A stretch of 55,196 nt of DNA, filler included, from Sluysia triapertura (taxonomy: Eukaryota): NCBI GenBank assembly GCA_046118255.1. It is 4 parts of 4 records of this genome, joined end to end, with 100 filler letters (N's around TTAATTAATTAA, not from the genome) between each part and the next. Parts side by side here need not be neighbours in the genome. Positions count along the whole stretch, not along the records: positions 30,664 to 44,050 come from JBJNIA010043129.1; positions 44,151 to 55,196 come from JBJNIA010189653.1; 2 more parts are not named here. One strand, given 5' to 3'. Below are positions 37,772 through 51,947 of the stretch, piece after piece. Both the position numbers and the translations under genes were made by a program. Numbering within the stretch: the stretch's first letter is position 1; the number at the start of each line of letters is the position of its first letter. A model generated the notes under the pieces. The model was not told the DNA's origin, made no database searches, and saw nothing but the letters and a program-made list of their open reading frames with translations.

Positions 37772-40090
37772 CAATGGCATCTTCACTTTGCTGCTTATTT
37801 TCACCAATTTCAAGCACCCCAAATTGGATTTTCTAATAGATACTGGAGCTGCCTTGTTTGTAATCCCTCAACACCTTATCAAAAATATACCACAGACACG
37901 TTCTTTTCTTACAGCAGCTAATGGAACAACCGTTACCTGCTACGGCTCCAGAAAATTACAATTCAAACTGCCACACTTCAATAAAAATTTCGAATGGACT
38001 TTCTTAATCGCCGCAGTCCAGAAACCGGTAATAGGAGCTGATTTTCTAACTCATTACAGACTCCAAGTCAAGTGCCACAACAAAACTTTAATAAAGTCTT
38101 TCGAACAACTTAGTCATATTAAAATCAAACTTGAGGATCTCAATGATCCAACCCGAACTATTACTCGAACAATTCAACCCAGAATACGTTCCTAAATCTG
38201 AACACTTTATAAAAACTATACCTGCATCACCATGCAGCAAAGACGACGATAATTTGCACAAAAAATATGTTTTCAGGCGGAGACGGAATTCATTGAAATG
38301 GAAAGACAAGGAATCGTGCGACGCTCTTCTTCTTCATGGGCCGCACCTCTGCAAATCGTCAAGAAGAAAGATGGGACAATAAGGATATGTGGTGACTACA
38401 TAATGTTTAATAAAGTCACTGTTCCAGACGCATATCCTATGCCACTTATAACAGACATCTTTCACAGATTCACTGGTTGCACAATATTCTCTTCAATAGA
38501 CCTCGCAAAGGTGTACCATCAAATCCCAGTACATACTGAGGATACACCAAAACAGCCGTAACAACTCCTTTCGGTCTGTTTGAGTATCTACACATGCCTT
38601 TTGGTCTACGAAATGCAGCACAAACCTTCCAGCGACACATCGATCAAGTTCTTCAAGGCCTAACTTTCACAACAGCCTATATTGATGACATCATAATTGC
38701 TTCCAGAGATTTCAAACAACATCAAACACACCTGGAACAAGTATTCCAAAGACTTTTCGACAATAATTTAATAATCAAAATCAACAAATGTCAATTTTTC
38801 AAAAATAAGATCAACTTTCTAAGCCACAACATCTCTGTTGACGGGATAGAACCACTGGAAACCCGCACAACAGTCATAAGAAACTTCCCTCAACCTAAAA
38901 CAGTTACACAAATGAGAAGTTTCCTAGGCCTAGTTAATTATTGTCGACGCTTCATCCCGAAATTATCAGAAACAATAGCAACGCTAACCGCACTGTCATC
39001 GGGAAAGAAAAATCAACAAATCAATTGGAATACCAAATCTCTGCAGTCCTTCGAATAAACAAAACAAGCAATTATGAAGATGGAAAGTTTAGCGTTTCCA
39101 CAACAACACCTACAATTAACCTTAACAACTTACGCTTCAAACACAGCAATAGGTGCGGTACTAACACAAAACCAACAAGAGACAACCAGACCAATCGAAT
39201 TTTATTCCCACAAACTTTCTGCACAACAAACCAGATATTCGGCATTCGATCGTGAATTTCTCGCAATTTATCTTTCCGTAAAACATTTCGAGTATCAATT
39301 CACGCTCAGAACAGACCACAAACCGTTGTTGCACATCTTTACAATGAAAAACCCTACTTACAACAACAGCATATCAGCTACTTGTCCAAATTCAACTTTA
39401 ACATAGAATTCATCCCGAAACAAGAAAATGTGGTCGCCGACGCATTATCACATGTAGGTTTAAAGAGCATCGAATTTCAATCAATATTCACTGTAGAGGA
39501 GTTACAAAATAATCCACCATCCAGTCTAGAAATTTCCAAATTTTCAACAAAACTATCATTACAAAATGGAATTTTCTATGACTACCAATTTTCTGGTGCT
39601 TCTCGACCAGTGTTAGGACAACAGCTCCAAATCAAAGCCTTTGAGCACATTCATAACATGACACATGCCGGAGCTAAGGCCACATATGAATTATTACACT
39701 CAAAAGTAGTATGGCCTTCAATGCGCAAAGACATCAAACACTGGTGTAAAGCCTGTTTGACTTGTCAATCGGTGAAAATACGCAAAAACATAAAACCTCA
39801 AACGCTTCACTTTCCTACAGGCCAACTCTTCGATACCATACATATGGATAAAGTCGGACCACTACCACTTACATTTTAACCATACTGGACAGACACAGCA
39901 GATGGCCCGAAGCGTTTCTAATCAGATCAGTTACAACAGACACCATATCCAGAATCTTAATAACAAACTGGATTTCAGTTTCGGTGTACCAAAAAGAATT
40001 ATCACCGATCAAAAACACTGTCACATTTTTAAACGAACAAGGATCACATAGAATCCAGCTGAAGGTACTTGATCCAGTTTAAAACTAAAA
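37731..40090 (+). pseudogene. pol: CsRN1-type pol (protease, RT, RNase H, integrase), frameshifted
   Basis: FLIDTGA; SSWAAPLQIVKKKDGTIRICGDY; YPMP; MPFGLRNAAQTFQRHID; AYIDDII; ASNTAIGAVL..YSAFDREFLAIY..TDHKPL; HNMTHAG..CLTCQ; IHMDKVGPLP; FGVPKRIITDQ followed by an internal deletion. Confidence 0.93.
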
Positions 40091-41408
40091 ATATATCGCT
40101 CCGCGTCTTCAGAGGGGACTGATGTAGTGACCAATCGTTATAACCACTAAAATTTTATTGAAAATTACCTCTTTTTTCTTTCTTCCTTTCCATTTCATTA
40201 AATCTCAACAATTACACATTCATCTATTACATATTTTTTTAACAATCAAATTCCACAACATCTAAATCACAATCATACTCAACATTACCAATTTACATTA
40301 ACTAATTCACCTGAAACATTAATCGACATTCACGATAATGCAACAACAAACTCATTCGAAATAATCCATTTAATACTTTCGAACCCTTTATTTTATACTA
40401 CACTTTAACAATCAATACCTAATAATTAATAACATTTATTCAATAGTTTATTTGCTCAAACCAAGTCACAATCATAAACCTATAACGCATAAACCACAAT
40501 TACATCTAATACCATTCCATAACACCAATAAATCTACTCGAAACGCACAAAATACCTACTTCACACCTTCAAAGCAATTACAACATTTCAAACTCACTAT
40601 CCATCTATACATAATTATCAACAACACAGATCAGCAATCCCAAAAACATCAAATAGACAAACCACACAAAATATTGTACAAATACACCTTAAATTTAACA
40701 AGAGTTGTCCTTTTAAATTTATCGTAGTTGTCCTTTCCTTTTAAATTCCACAAATTACAATCTTCTCAATAAACATTTTATCCATGATATTTCAATACAT
40801 AAAATTTGTTTTTAAATATAAACTTCAATCAATTTAGAAAAACTTATTCTAACATTCATTATTTCATTTCTAAACTCAAATCAATCATTATATCTTCATA
40901 GGTTAACTATACTTACCAATTCTTTCGAAACAATTATAGCTTAGTAGTTTATTCCAAAATACATTTTTAATTCATTCCGACATGCTTAAAACCTTCAAGA
41001 AGTTTAAGAAAATATAATACAGTTTTAAAGAATTCAATTTTATACAGTGGGATAACAACGACAACTCGAGCATTATGCACCCTGTTATCGTTGCTATTTC
41101 ACTCATTTTCATCAATTTTTCTTCAATTTCTTTTGTTACCTTTTTATATGTACATTTTATTTGAAAAAAGGAAAGTTTATGTATTAATTATTTTTTTTTG
41201 CTCTAGTAATAATAATAATACTATTGTTATTATTATTCTCATTCATCAAATTAATTATTATTATTAAAATTTTTATGCATTTTATAAAGTTGTCATTTCC
41301 ATCACCAATGTTGACGTTTTAATCGTGACCATCAGTATTTTGTCAACACTGATGAGGGCTATCCATACCTAATTTTGTTCTGCACAATGTAATCAATAAT
41401 TTTTACAT

Positions 41409-41473
41409 GTCACCCAATCAGAACTGATATTATTTAATGATCTCTCTCGAGGCTCTGATTGGATGACCAATCA
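41409..41473. promoter_or_regulatory. Cluster of three CCAAT boxes, two forming an inverted repeat
   Basis: GTCACCCAATCAGA (41409-41422) / TCTGATTGGATGAC (41454-41467), 13/14 complementary, plus CCAATCA at 41467, about 70 nt upstream of the ATG at 41538. Confidence 0.35.
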
Positions 41474-41537
41474 ACCATTATTGTTATTAGTCGAATTTTA
41501 TAATTTTTAATAGTTGATTACGGATTAGAATATACAT

Positions 41538-42905
41538 GATAATTGCTGTAACAATATTTCAAAAATTAAACAAAAATTTTTTCGACAGTGACTCCAATTT
41601 AAAAGCATCATTGCAGAATGCATTTGAGATGGGAATTCATTTTGTACAGATTTTTCAAAGTTAATAATTATGTATCTGATGATATCAAATTATATGTTCT
41701 AAATTCTCACGAAGAATATGAAAGGGATGAATCTGAATACGCTAGAGATATAAAAAAGATGATCGTAACATCTGATGATTCCAATCAATTAGTCTACCTA
41801 ATTAATTGCACTATAGATTCAATTTGTAGTAGTTATTCGAAGCCAACATTACAGCTTTTTATGATAATCAAAAATGATAATGTTAATATTCATCCTTATA
41901 AATTAGTCGATGTTATCGCGATAGTGATAATAATCCAATTAACAAAAGATGACAAACTCAACTTCGATCCGATTAATCGATTTTTTACAGTACTAGAATA
42001 AAGGATTTAAGTTATTTAACAATGAATGATAAAATTCATGAGTCAACCGATACAAGAATCCAATACCGTTTAAAATTAGAAGAAGTACGCGTCGAGATTG
42101 ATGTATCGAATAAATCCTTTAAAAATATACCAAAACTAGATTTTTCCGTTAAACAAGTTACACGACTTCTAAAATATGCTAAATTTGGCCATATTTCAAT
42201 TGCATGTAATTTAGTTATGTTATTGAAATTAGTCTCTGTTTGTGAGAAATTACTGATCAATGAAGAAGCAATTCCAGTTCTGATTAGTTATTACCTTCAA
42301 CCATTAACGCAAATCTTAAATACCAAGAAATCTTATTCTATCAAAGATAATTCTACATCGGTAAAGTTTTTACAGGAAAAAATCAATAACAGTCATTATC
42401 GAACATTGATAACAGTAAAATTCTATTTTTTAATCTTAACTACTATATTGATTTTTTAATTTTTTTAGAATTTAATCCAAGAGCTGGGCTTGCTGACATA
42501 CCGATGGATTCAGTACAGAAATCATCAAAGCTGAACAAAAATTTCAGTAAAACTTTGAAGGCAATAAAATGTATTCTCACAATATCATACAATTTAATAA
42601 ATAATAGATTTTCCATAGTTTTCAAATTCTTGATTATTAATGATTTGTGTAATAATGTAAAAATCAAATCGTCGCAAGTAAATAGCAAATTCATAAGTTA
42701 TGCAGCCCTAGATTATCAATTTGTTAAGTTTGTATATTGCGATTTCATTAAGGACGATAGATTACTACCACTCAGGCATAAGAATTTCACTTTAAGAATA
42801 TTAAAATATAAAAAGACGACATTTGAGACTCTAAGTTGGTCCTTTTTATATGAAAACGACAGTCTTCTAAACCTACATTCCTACCTCAATCAACAAAATC
42901 AATAA
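41538..42905 (+). pseudogene. Hypothetical helical protein gene, apparently frameshifted
   Basis: Three adjacent ORFs (41618-42001, 42022-42459, 42504-42905) with protein-like composition and one plausible GT-AG intron (42415-42468). Frames do not join cleanly. Confidence 0.4.
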
Positions 42906-44050
42906 TATTCACTAAATAGTAATTTCAATCTAAATAAAATATTAATTATCCTTTTAAAAATTTTTAAATAAATAATTTTATCACAAAAATTTACCTTACA
43001 AAATTTTATTTTGACATTATTATTTTATTATTTTTGATTATTTTTAATATTACATTGTCTGAAAATATAAATATTATGAATATTATATTAAAATAAATTT
43101 AAATATTAATTTATAAACCTTAAAAAAGATTTAATAGAAAAAACCAGTTTTAAAAATTATTAGAAAAAATTCTTATTGGCTAATTTGCTTTATTATTTCA
43201 AATAATAAATATTTCAATACAAAATGGCGATGAAGAAAATATAGTATAAAATTAAGGAATTTTAATCTACATCAAACAAGAATTTCATTCAATTTTTAGC
43301 GAGATAAAAATCTAATTAATGAAGATATTTTCCCCAACAGTTCCATGATAGATGTAATGCGCTTTTTCATTAAGTTTCACTTTACAACATAAAGAAAGTT
43401 AAAATTTTTTTATTTATTTATGCAAGACCGTAATAAAGCTTGCTTAATTTAATTAAAAAAATAATTTAAAATCACTAAGAAACAGTTCTTAAGTGATTAT
43501 TATAAAAAATTAGTATTAGTAGTATATTAACAGTAATTAAAATTTTATATTTTGTTGGTAAATATATTTTATTAACTATTATTTATTAAAGTTTTATATC
43601 TTGTTAGTTACGTCTTGTTGGTAGATAAAAAACCATTTCGAATTATTATTTTATTGTTGGTCATAATACCTAAATTATTCATTAGTTCCAATAGGCCTTA
43701 ATAGGGCTAGTTTAAAGTTTAAAATTTCTAAAATGTTTTACTGTGTACGCTAGACCATGCCGGCTAGCTTAACTGAATTTTAAAATTAGACTATAATTTG
43801 GCTAGTTTAATTTGTGGGTGATTTTAAAAGATAAGACCCTTATAGAATAAAATAGAATTTTAACGTGAGTCCACCAACGTACGAGGCTTACCAATTAGGG
43901 CTAGCCGTTGGATTTGTTGTGTTTTTCGTTTATAAATAACCTTTTTAAATAATTCAAATCAAATAAAATCGATTCTCTTTATATTTTTCTATAACAATTA
44001 TACAAATCAAATCTTATAACAAAAATCTTTATATCACAGTTATATTTATA

Positions 44051-44150
44051 NNNNNNNNNNNNNNNNNNNNNNNNNNNNNNNNNNNNNNNNNNNNTTAATT
44101 AATTAANNNNNNNNNNNNNNNNNNNNNNNNNNNNNNNNNNNNNNNNNNNN
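44051..44150. other. Artificial scaffold linker
   Basis: N44-TTAATTAATTAA-N44. Confidence 0.95.
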
Positions 44151-44348
44151 TGTTTCAAAAATATACAACCAGTACTACCAGAGAATGTCAAATTACTGGA
44201 AGATTATGAAATATTTAAGAAAAAGGCGAAGTTGTTTCTGTTTCAGAAATATTATAGTGAATGATTTAATTTAAGTGCTTTTGAGTACTTACTTTGTAGT
44301 AGATACGAGCGTAATATAAATTAATATATTATAATTATTATTATTATT
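44151..44348 (+). mobile_element. 3' end of an L2/CR1-group LINE (second copy)
   Basis: Near-identical to 47532-47740; ends in an (ATT)n tail. Confidence 0.8.
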
Positions 44349-45689
44349 TGTATTCACATCATAAAATATAAAACCAAATTATTGTACACTTAATACAAAT
44401 ATTAATAAAATATTTAACTACCTATTTAAATCAACTAAACCATATAATTACTATACTCATGAAAATCAATAACCACACCACAATAAAAGCTTCATTTTGA
44501 TTTAAATCAATTTAGAGACTGTAGTAACAGTTGATTTCAATAGTAAGAAATATAGAAATAGAGACAGAAATAGATTATAGTAGTAATTATAATCATAGTA
44601 ATTAGTTATCTAGTTTTGCAGATGGTTACGAAGATACTGAAACAAATTTCTCCTACGTTTATTAAATAATCCCTTTTTTTAGTATAATTTTAATTAAAAC
44701 ATTTGAAGGGTTTCAAACAAACGCTCGCTTGATTGTACGTTCTAATTGTGTGTTCTAATAACTATTTTAATGTTTCCTATACTACTAATCGATGACCTAT
44801 AACTTGAATTAGACTAAGGCCAATCAAAAACCATCTTATAAAATTAGTTAGATAAGTCGACTTAAATTGTTTCATAGTCCGATTTGTACTGTCCACACGC
44901 TCCGTTGCGATTCCATCTTAACCATCATATGAATAAGTATAACAGGCCATACTGTAGTTCGTATAAACTCATTTAAATTGACGTCATTTCGTGAACCACA
45001 AACTTCCATAACTTCCATCTTCAATTTTAGTTTTACTCAGTACTAAATAGAGAGTATGTTTGCAACTTTGCCACGTACATAATATATATGAAATAAATTT
45101 AAATAATTTATATAATTTAGGTACCGCTTTTTCGAGTATATCAATTAAACAAAGCCATAATAAGACATAGTGTGATTATCTTCGTAATGCAATAAATTAC
45201 GGTAGCATTTTACGACTTTTCATTATTTTAATGACTATATTAGTTTAAATAAATTTTAGTCACTGATTATATTAAATAGGTAACATTTATTAAAAAATTA
45301 AATCATAATAATACTATAAGTAAAAAAAATTACTGGTATATGCGTAATAAATTGAAATTTATAGGATATATACAACGACGATCATAGTGAACAAATAATA
45401 AACATTATTATAAGATAAGGAATGTGATTCTTTTATAACGAAACCAACTGCTACTGAAGATATCAGATAGAAATACCGTTTAAATTATGACAATCTAAAG
45501 ATTACATCACGGCAATCCCATTCTTGCAATAGTCGTTGTAATAAGATTCCAATAAGATTAATTAAGAAATTAATACTGCAAGCTTTGTTACACTATAGAT
45601 AAAACAAAGTTTATTTAGCCAACAAATTTTTGACACATAAAACGGAAATTTCGATCAATTAAATAAATTATGTAAAAAATAATTAAAAT

Positions 45690-45880
45690 GAACTGATTTA
45701 TTCCATAATGACTTTCTCCCAAGTAACCAAGATTTTCCGGTAAAAAGATCCACAGTGTTCATCAGTAATTTCAATAGTACAACGGGAAAAATGTAGAGGT
45801 GATAGAAGATCTAAACTTACGCTCGAAATGAAAGAGCAAATATTCACAAAAGTGGATCAAAAGTGTACATTGATACTTTG
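45690..45880 (+). mobile_element. IS630/Tc1-like transposase N-terminal fragment
   Basis: RGDRRSKLTLEMKEQIFTKVDQKCTLIL resembles the (R)GGxRxxKLT..E..I...D..CTLTL linker/second HTH of Tc1-type transposases. Confidence 0.4.
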
Positions 45881-46734
45881 CATATTCTTCTAACTTTTAT
45901 AACTTTTCTATAACTTTTAAATGACTTATGAAAGTGCACATTAATATTCAGGGATGTTGAGCCACCGACACATTTCAGTACCGATATTTGATTCGTCAGT
46001 TTCGGTACTGTCCATAATTTTCGAATCCCGATATTTACCGGTATTGAAAACTGATTAGTAGAATACCCTTCAAATGTTTTTGTGATTATTCTTTCCCTTA
46101 TAGATGACCGTTGTTATGTGGAAATGACATGGATTGTCTAATTTTCAAACAATCTATTTTCATTTTTTAAGATTAATTTGTTTAATTTAAATCCTTCTTT
46201 TCTACATAATTTATTTAATTGAGTGCAAAGATTATTTAATTGGTCGGAAAAGCAGCCTATATATTTATTAAATTATTTTTTTTGGTTTTTGAATTTGTTT
46301 TTATCTAAATTTGAAAATTTTCTTTCTATTATGAAAATAGTAAGAACAAATAAAATTTCCTAATTTCAATAATTCATTTATAGTTAAATATTTGATGTTT
46401 ATTATTGGTCAACAGTGACAGCATATGAAAAATTGACAGAATATTATATAATTAAGGAAATTAATCATTGAGATGTGCCNNNNNNNNNNNNNNNNNNNNN
46501 NNNNNNNNNNNNNNNNNNNNNNNNNNNNNNNNNNNNNNNNNNNNNNNNNNNNNNNNNNNNNNNNNNNNNNNNNNNNNNNNNNNNNNNNNNNNNNNNNNNN
46601 NNNNNNNNNNNNNNNNNGGTATGATTTTGATAATAATTAACAATTGTTTTAGAACATTTAAAATATTTGTTATTTTGTTTATTTGTTTGTTTAATGTTCT
46701 ACAATAAAAATATAATTGTAAACAAAATATATAA

Positions 46735-46774
<40 letters not shown>

Positions 46775-47059
46775 TTATTTTTAGAAACATAGTACTATAT
46801 TTAATAAATAAATAAAATGATTAAAATTTAATGATAAAATTTGAAATTTAAATGAAAATTGTTTGAACTTGAATTTGTCCAATTAAATTCAAAAATATTT
46901 TTCATTGGATAAAATTGGATATAGGCACAATTATGTGACTCTAGTTATTGTGAATGCTTAAGAAATAAAACTTTATTTCATATTACCGGAAATATCTTTA
47001 TAAATAAAAAATAAAAATATTATTAGTAGTATAATTCAATATTTTTTTGTCGATGTGAA

Positions 47060-47740
47060 GCAAAAGTATGAAATATAGACTCTTATATGGATCTAAAAAT
47101 GAACATGGAAGAAAATATTAATTGTATTGTTAAAAAGTGTAAATATCAATTAAATAAAATATCACATAATAAAGAAACAGCTAAATTAATTGTTCATTCA
47201 TTGATAACTAACAATGGTATATTGTACTCAATTTCAAATAGAAAAGTGAAAAAATTACAATTAATAATTAATCAAGCAGCAAGACTAATATTCTCCAAGT
47301 GGGAAGAAGATCTCATATAACACCTTATCTTAAGGAATTACATTGCTTGCCAATAAAAGCAAGAATAGAATTCAAAATCATGACAATAATTTACAAATGT
47401 TTACATTACGAAAGTCCTTAATATCTTTTAGAAACAATAAAATTGGATAAATATTTCATTGAGACATAATAATAATCTATACAGAATCCATAGTGATAAT
47501 AAGAGCTAGGTGATAGGTTGTATAGCGTTTATGTTTCAAAAATATACAACTAGTACTACCAGAGAATGTCAAAATTACTGGAAGATTATGAAATATTTAA
47601 GAAAAAGACAAAGTTCTTTCTGCTTCAGAAATATTATAATGAATGATTTATTTTAAGCGCTTTTGAGTACTTTCTTTGCAGTAGATATGGGCGCAACATA
47701 AATTAATATTATTAATATTATTAATATTATTATTATTATT
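47060..47740 (+). mobile_element. 5'-truncated L2/CR1-group LINE (RT C-terminus and 3' tail)
   Basis: AKLIVHSLI...KKLQLIINQAARLIF...SHITPYLKELHCLPIKARIEFKIMTIIYKCL...P.YL...GDR...YN.LP; tail AAGCGCTTTTGAG...GCGCAACATAAA(TTA)n. Confidence 0.88.
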
Positions 47741-47859
47741 AAAATATTATTACATAAATGATTATTGAAAGTTATATCTGATCAAACAAGAAGAATAAGC
47801 ATTATTAAATACATCAATAATTTTGTAAAACTTAATTGCATATTAATAAAATATCAGTA

Positions 47860-48132
47860 ATATGTTCTGTAGGATTACTCTAATAGATAAGTTTGATTAC
47901 GACTTATCTTACAATGACATGTTAGAAATCCATCCCAATCAATCGATGATCAATGACTATACTATTCAGAATATAAGACTCTCCTCGAACACACTTGTAG
48001 TTCATGATATTCTGTACTCGCAAAGCATAACAAATTACTAACATAAAAAACATCCTCATTTAATTAGTTATTTAATAATCTAAATGTAAATTCGTTTATT
48101 CTCAATGTGCTTAAATAAATTTATTATTATTA

Positions 48133-48193
<61 letters not shown>

Positions 48194-50426
48194 CTTAATT
48201 ATCTTTTAACCAATAACGAACATTTCAATGTTCAAATACTTTAGATTTTGGCTAAATTTATAAAAATCTTTAAAAACGTTATTTAAAAATACTTTAAATT
48301 GATCATTCATAGTATCATTGTTACATAGATTAATTTTGCACACAAAAGTATTGCGTAATAATTATAATCATTTTTTAATTATTATCTTTAATTATCTTTA
48401 TTATTATTATTATTAATATTATCATCATTATTATTATTCTTTTTAGATTGTCATTACAACCCTCTAAAATCATGTAGAATGACTTAATATTATTTAAGTC
48501 TTTTAAAATCACTTAGAAAATGTTTATTTTCCAAAAAGGAAAATAAAATTTCTAAATAAGAAAATTCGCTTCTAAAATGTTCTAAAACATTTCATAGATT
48601 GTCATTGGCTGATGACTAGTATTTTCAGCATTGATAGCCATTTTAAAAAAATCAAGATTTTGTTCGTTACATCACCATTCTCAATCATTTTGGAAAAAAT
48701 ATCATTGAAAAATTTGGATACTCATTTAGTTTATAAGGTAATACTAATTTTAATTAAGAAAATTAAAATCAACGTAAAATTTATTTCTAAAAGAAAAAAT
48801 TAAGTTTCCCCGATATAAAATTTAACACAATTAAAGGCTTTAATTATTTTATAAATCAATAATTGTGTAATTGTTATTAGATTTTGTTTAATAAAACTTT
48901 TTTTAACTTTGAGTACAAGATTAGGTTACAAGATTAACTTATAAAGTTGCGTTGTAAGTCGTTTAAACATGTCTGAACTCCGCTTAAAGAAATATCTTCT
49001 GTAATCCGTACTCTTCACACCTTTTAATCAGCCTCTTAATTTTCATTCACATTATAATATTCATTGTTTATTTGGTCAAATTTTCAGAATAATTCATTTA
49101 ATTTATAGTTGCAGTTATGAATATTAACAATGATAAACAAGAAATGTTTCTTTGTCTTATTATTGATTATCTTTATTAATATCATTACTTACGTCATAAT
49201 TACAAATCTTAATAAAATTAATAAAACAATATTTATTTTTGAATTTTTAGAAATATTTCTATAATTATATAGTTTGATTTGACTTCATTGTTTATCACAT
49301 TTTTCTATCGTTTTATTTTTTTACCTTTTTTATTCGCAATATTCAATAATATTTAACCCATTAACGGCTATTCGTGTATTCAGATCATATTACTAAAATC
49401 TCATTCAAAATCAATAAAAATTTCTCATACAAGCTTCTCTGAAACTTTAAACCTTATTTACAATTTTTATTGACTAGGTTAAGTTAAAAAACTTATCCTT
49501 ACGAAATTCAACTTTTAACAATACTTTGATTCATTTAAATAGTTAGAGTAAATTGTAGATGAGCTGTGAAAATTTATCAATATAAAACAAAAAATGTTTA
49601 TACATACACATAACTTTTTTTCACAGATAATATAATTGAACACAAGCTTACTTTTATTTCTGGAAATTCAGTCAAATAATTATCCACATATTTGAGAATA
49701 TTTTCTCTGAATTCCTTCACATACGTTTTCCACGCCATTATCGATTCCTGAATTATTTTTATTATTATTAATAAAACATCACTTACTCGTCTACATCTGT
49801 TAAACTCGATTCGATCATCCCAATTATCTTCATATAAATTATTAACACAGTCATTTAAATTTTCCATTGTCTCGACTAGATCTAATAAATTTGTCAATTT
49901 TATTTTTATTCAATCTAACCTTTTAATTGACCAACATAAATTTCAAACTGTTTTTTCAATTCTTTTAAATTTTCCTAAAAACAATGACAGAGTCACACAA
50001 TGAGTCATACAATGCGGAAAATGTAATATACACACACAATATTTTAATTCTCTGTACAACAAAAATCAATAAAAAATATCACTATCCAATTTCACAATAA
50101 AAATTAAATGCTTGTAATTGTGTGCATGCTTATCATGCATTTTATCGTAATTCAAAATGGGATTATGTAGAAAAAAAATTGAATGCAGTTTAAATTTATT
50201 TCTAATTAGTACAAAATGTTAAAAGTGCAAAGTCTAACATCGTTTGAACATAAAGTATAATCTACTTACATATTGGTTTCTAAATTTTTTTCCACAAATA
50301 TTAATTAAATCATCATCAGTTGTAATCTTCAAATACGATTCTGTCTAATATAATCAATCAATTTTCAATAACGAAGGAAACTATTACCTTTCCTTTATCA
50401 CGAAATCGAAATTTCATGCGACTCAT
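47860..50426 (-). CDS. Divergent amphiphysin/BIN1-like N-BAR (+ probable SH3) protein; 3' exons uncertain
   Basis: Exons 50426-50388, 50344-50270, 49974-49920, 49881-49787 and 49747-49652 splice in frame via GT-AG introns (43, 295, 38, 39 nt) to give TTDDDLINICGKKFRNQYENLKELKKQFEIYVGQLKDLVETMENLNDCVNNLYEDNWDDR...WKTYVKEFRENILKYVDNYLTEFPEIK. This parallels the recalled BIN1 sequence ..LNECLQEVYEPDW..DTYLGQFPDIK. SH3-like FASTEYHELQ..VRGE near 47980-48025. Confidence 0.75.
49353..49375. mobile_element. Possible piggyBac-type terminus inside an intron
   Basis: TTAA followed by CCCATTAACGGCTA, similar to the terminus at 51948. No partner end found. Confidence 0.25.
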
Positions 50427-50707
50427 TGGAATTAACAAAAATAATGGATATAAAACAAATAATTAACCGATATTTTATGAAAAATTAAATAATTAAAAAG
50501 TTTGATTAGTGCTAATTTATATTGTTAAAGAAAATTCTCATATTGATGTAGTTAAACAAATTAAAAGAATAATTTTCATATTTGATTCATAATAATTTAA
50601 ATTTTATATTTTAATTTAACAAAAACAAATATCTAAATAGGTATATTATTACTAATTGTATTTAAATAATTTAATATTAAATATTTTTAATCAATTATAA
50701 TTCTATT

Positions 50708-51381
50708 ATGGAATCTAATGAATCAAGTATACGAAAAATTGAAACAAGTAAACTCCAAGTTGATTCACCAGGTCCAAAACCATTACATTTGAAAAATCGA
50801 TGTTCTATTTCAGATAATTCTAATATTTATCAAACATCCAAAAATAATCGTAGAGCTATTTCAGATCCAGTTTTGATGCAGGATAGAGATTTAGGTGAAC
50901 TAAAAAATTCTTTTCAACGAAATAATCGAAGTGAATTATATGGAAATGATAAAGATCCTGAAAGAAATTCAATAAATATGAATCTTCATGACTATATTGC
51001 ATCACGAGTAATATCTGAAAACACTGAAATATCTGAAAAACTTTCTGAATCACTCGTTAGTTAGATTCAAAATTACTCGAAATGAATAATTTTAGATTGA
51101 AAAAATGCACGAATTTGCAGCATCACATGAAACTCAAAGTTTTGAATCTTCAGGAACAGAACCACTTATTCAAACAGAAATTGCTGACTTCTTAGCTGTT
51201 GATACTACTAAAAAGCAAAAACAACATCCATTGTATCATATTCTTGGTGACATCATTGGAGACATTGCAGCTATTATGAGTGTAAATGTATTCAAAAAAC
51301 AAATTCGAATATCTAAAAGATCTACTTCATCTCGAGAAGAAACTAAAACCACTGCTAAATTAACTGCTACTAAACAAGCGG
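50708..51381 (+). CDS. 5' exons of an unknown spliced gene, divergent from the amphiphysin-like gene
   Basis: Exon 50708-51055, 40-nt GT-AG intron 51056-51095, exon 51096-51381 join in frame (..SESL|IEKMHEF..); donor GTTAGT at 51382. Downstream exons not identified. Confidence 0.65.
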
Positions 51382-51947
51382 GTTAGTTTTGTTGATTTGT
51401 GATGTAAAGACATTTTAAAATAATGTTACCGTTTTTATACTGTTTTTACTTTATTCCTACATTAATTGTAAATCTTAACAATTAGGTAAAATAACATTAA
51501 TAAATATAAATTCAACAAATAAGGTTAAAAAGTAAAATTTTCCAATAAATTATCGAAGGATTGAGTAACCTTTTTGTAAATCTTCGGTATAATCATAAAA
51601 GTAAAGTTAAAAATTTAAAAACTAAAATACTTTAATTTCTTCTGATATTGCAAGGAAAAATTTCATTCTTTTACCATGTTTTTCAAAATGTTTCAAATTT
51701 CGTTAATGTTAAGAAATTGTAACATTTCGATATGACGATTATTAATTTGATTATATATATTAGGATTAATAATAAAGTATACTTATCATCAACATAATCT
51801 AAAACAAACTTTAACTCAATTTAACATGTTTGTCAATTCATCAAACAATATATTTATCATACAACAAAGAACGATTGTTTTATTGCACTACAACGAAAGC
51901 TCAATATGTTCACAACTTTTATATTTTATAATCAACATTTATCATGC

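Larger units (their letters stand above)
36439..40900 (+). mobile_element. CsRN1-clade Ty3/Gypsy retrotransposon (decayed; 5' LTR not seen, 3' end approximate)
   Basis: DUF7041-type gag with CHCC knuckle, PR-RT-RH-IN order, polypurine tract AGAGGGGACTGA (40111-40122) followed by TGTAGTG LTR start at 40123. Confidence 0.9.
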
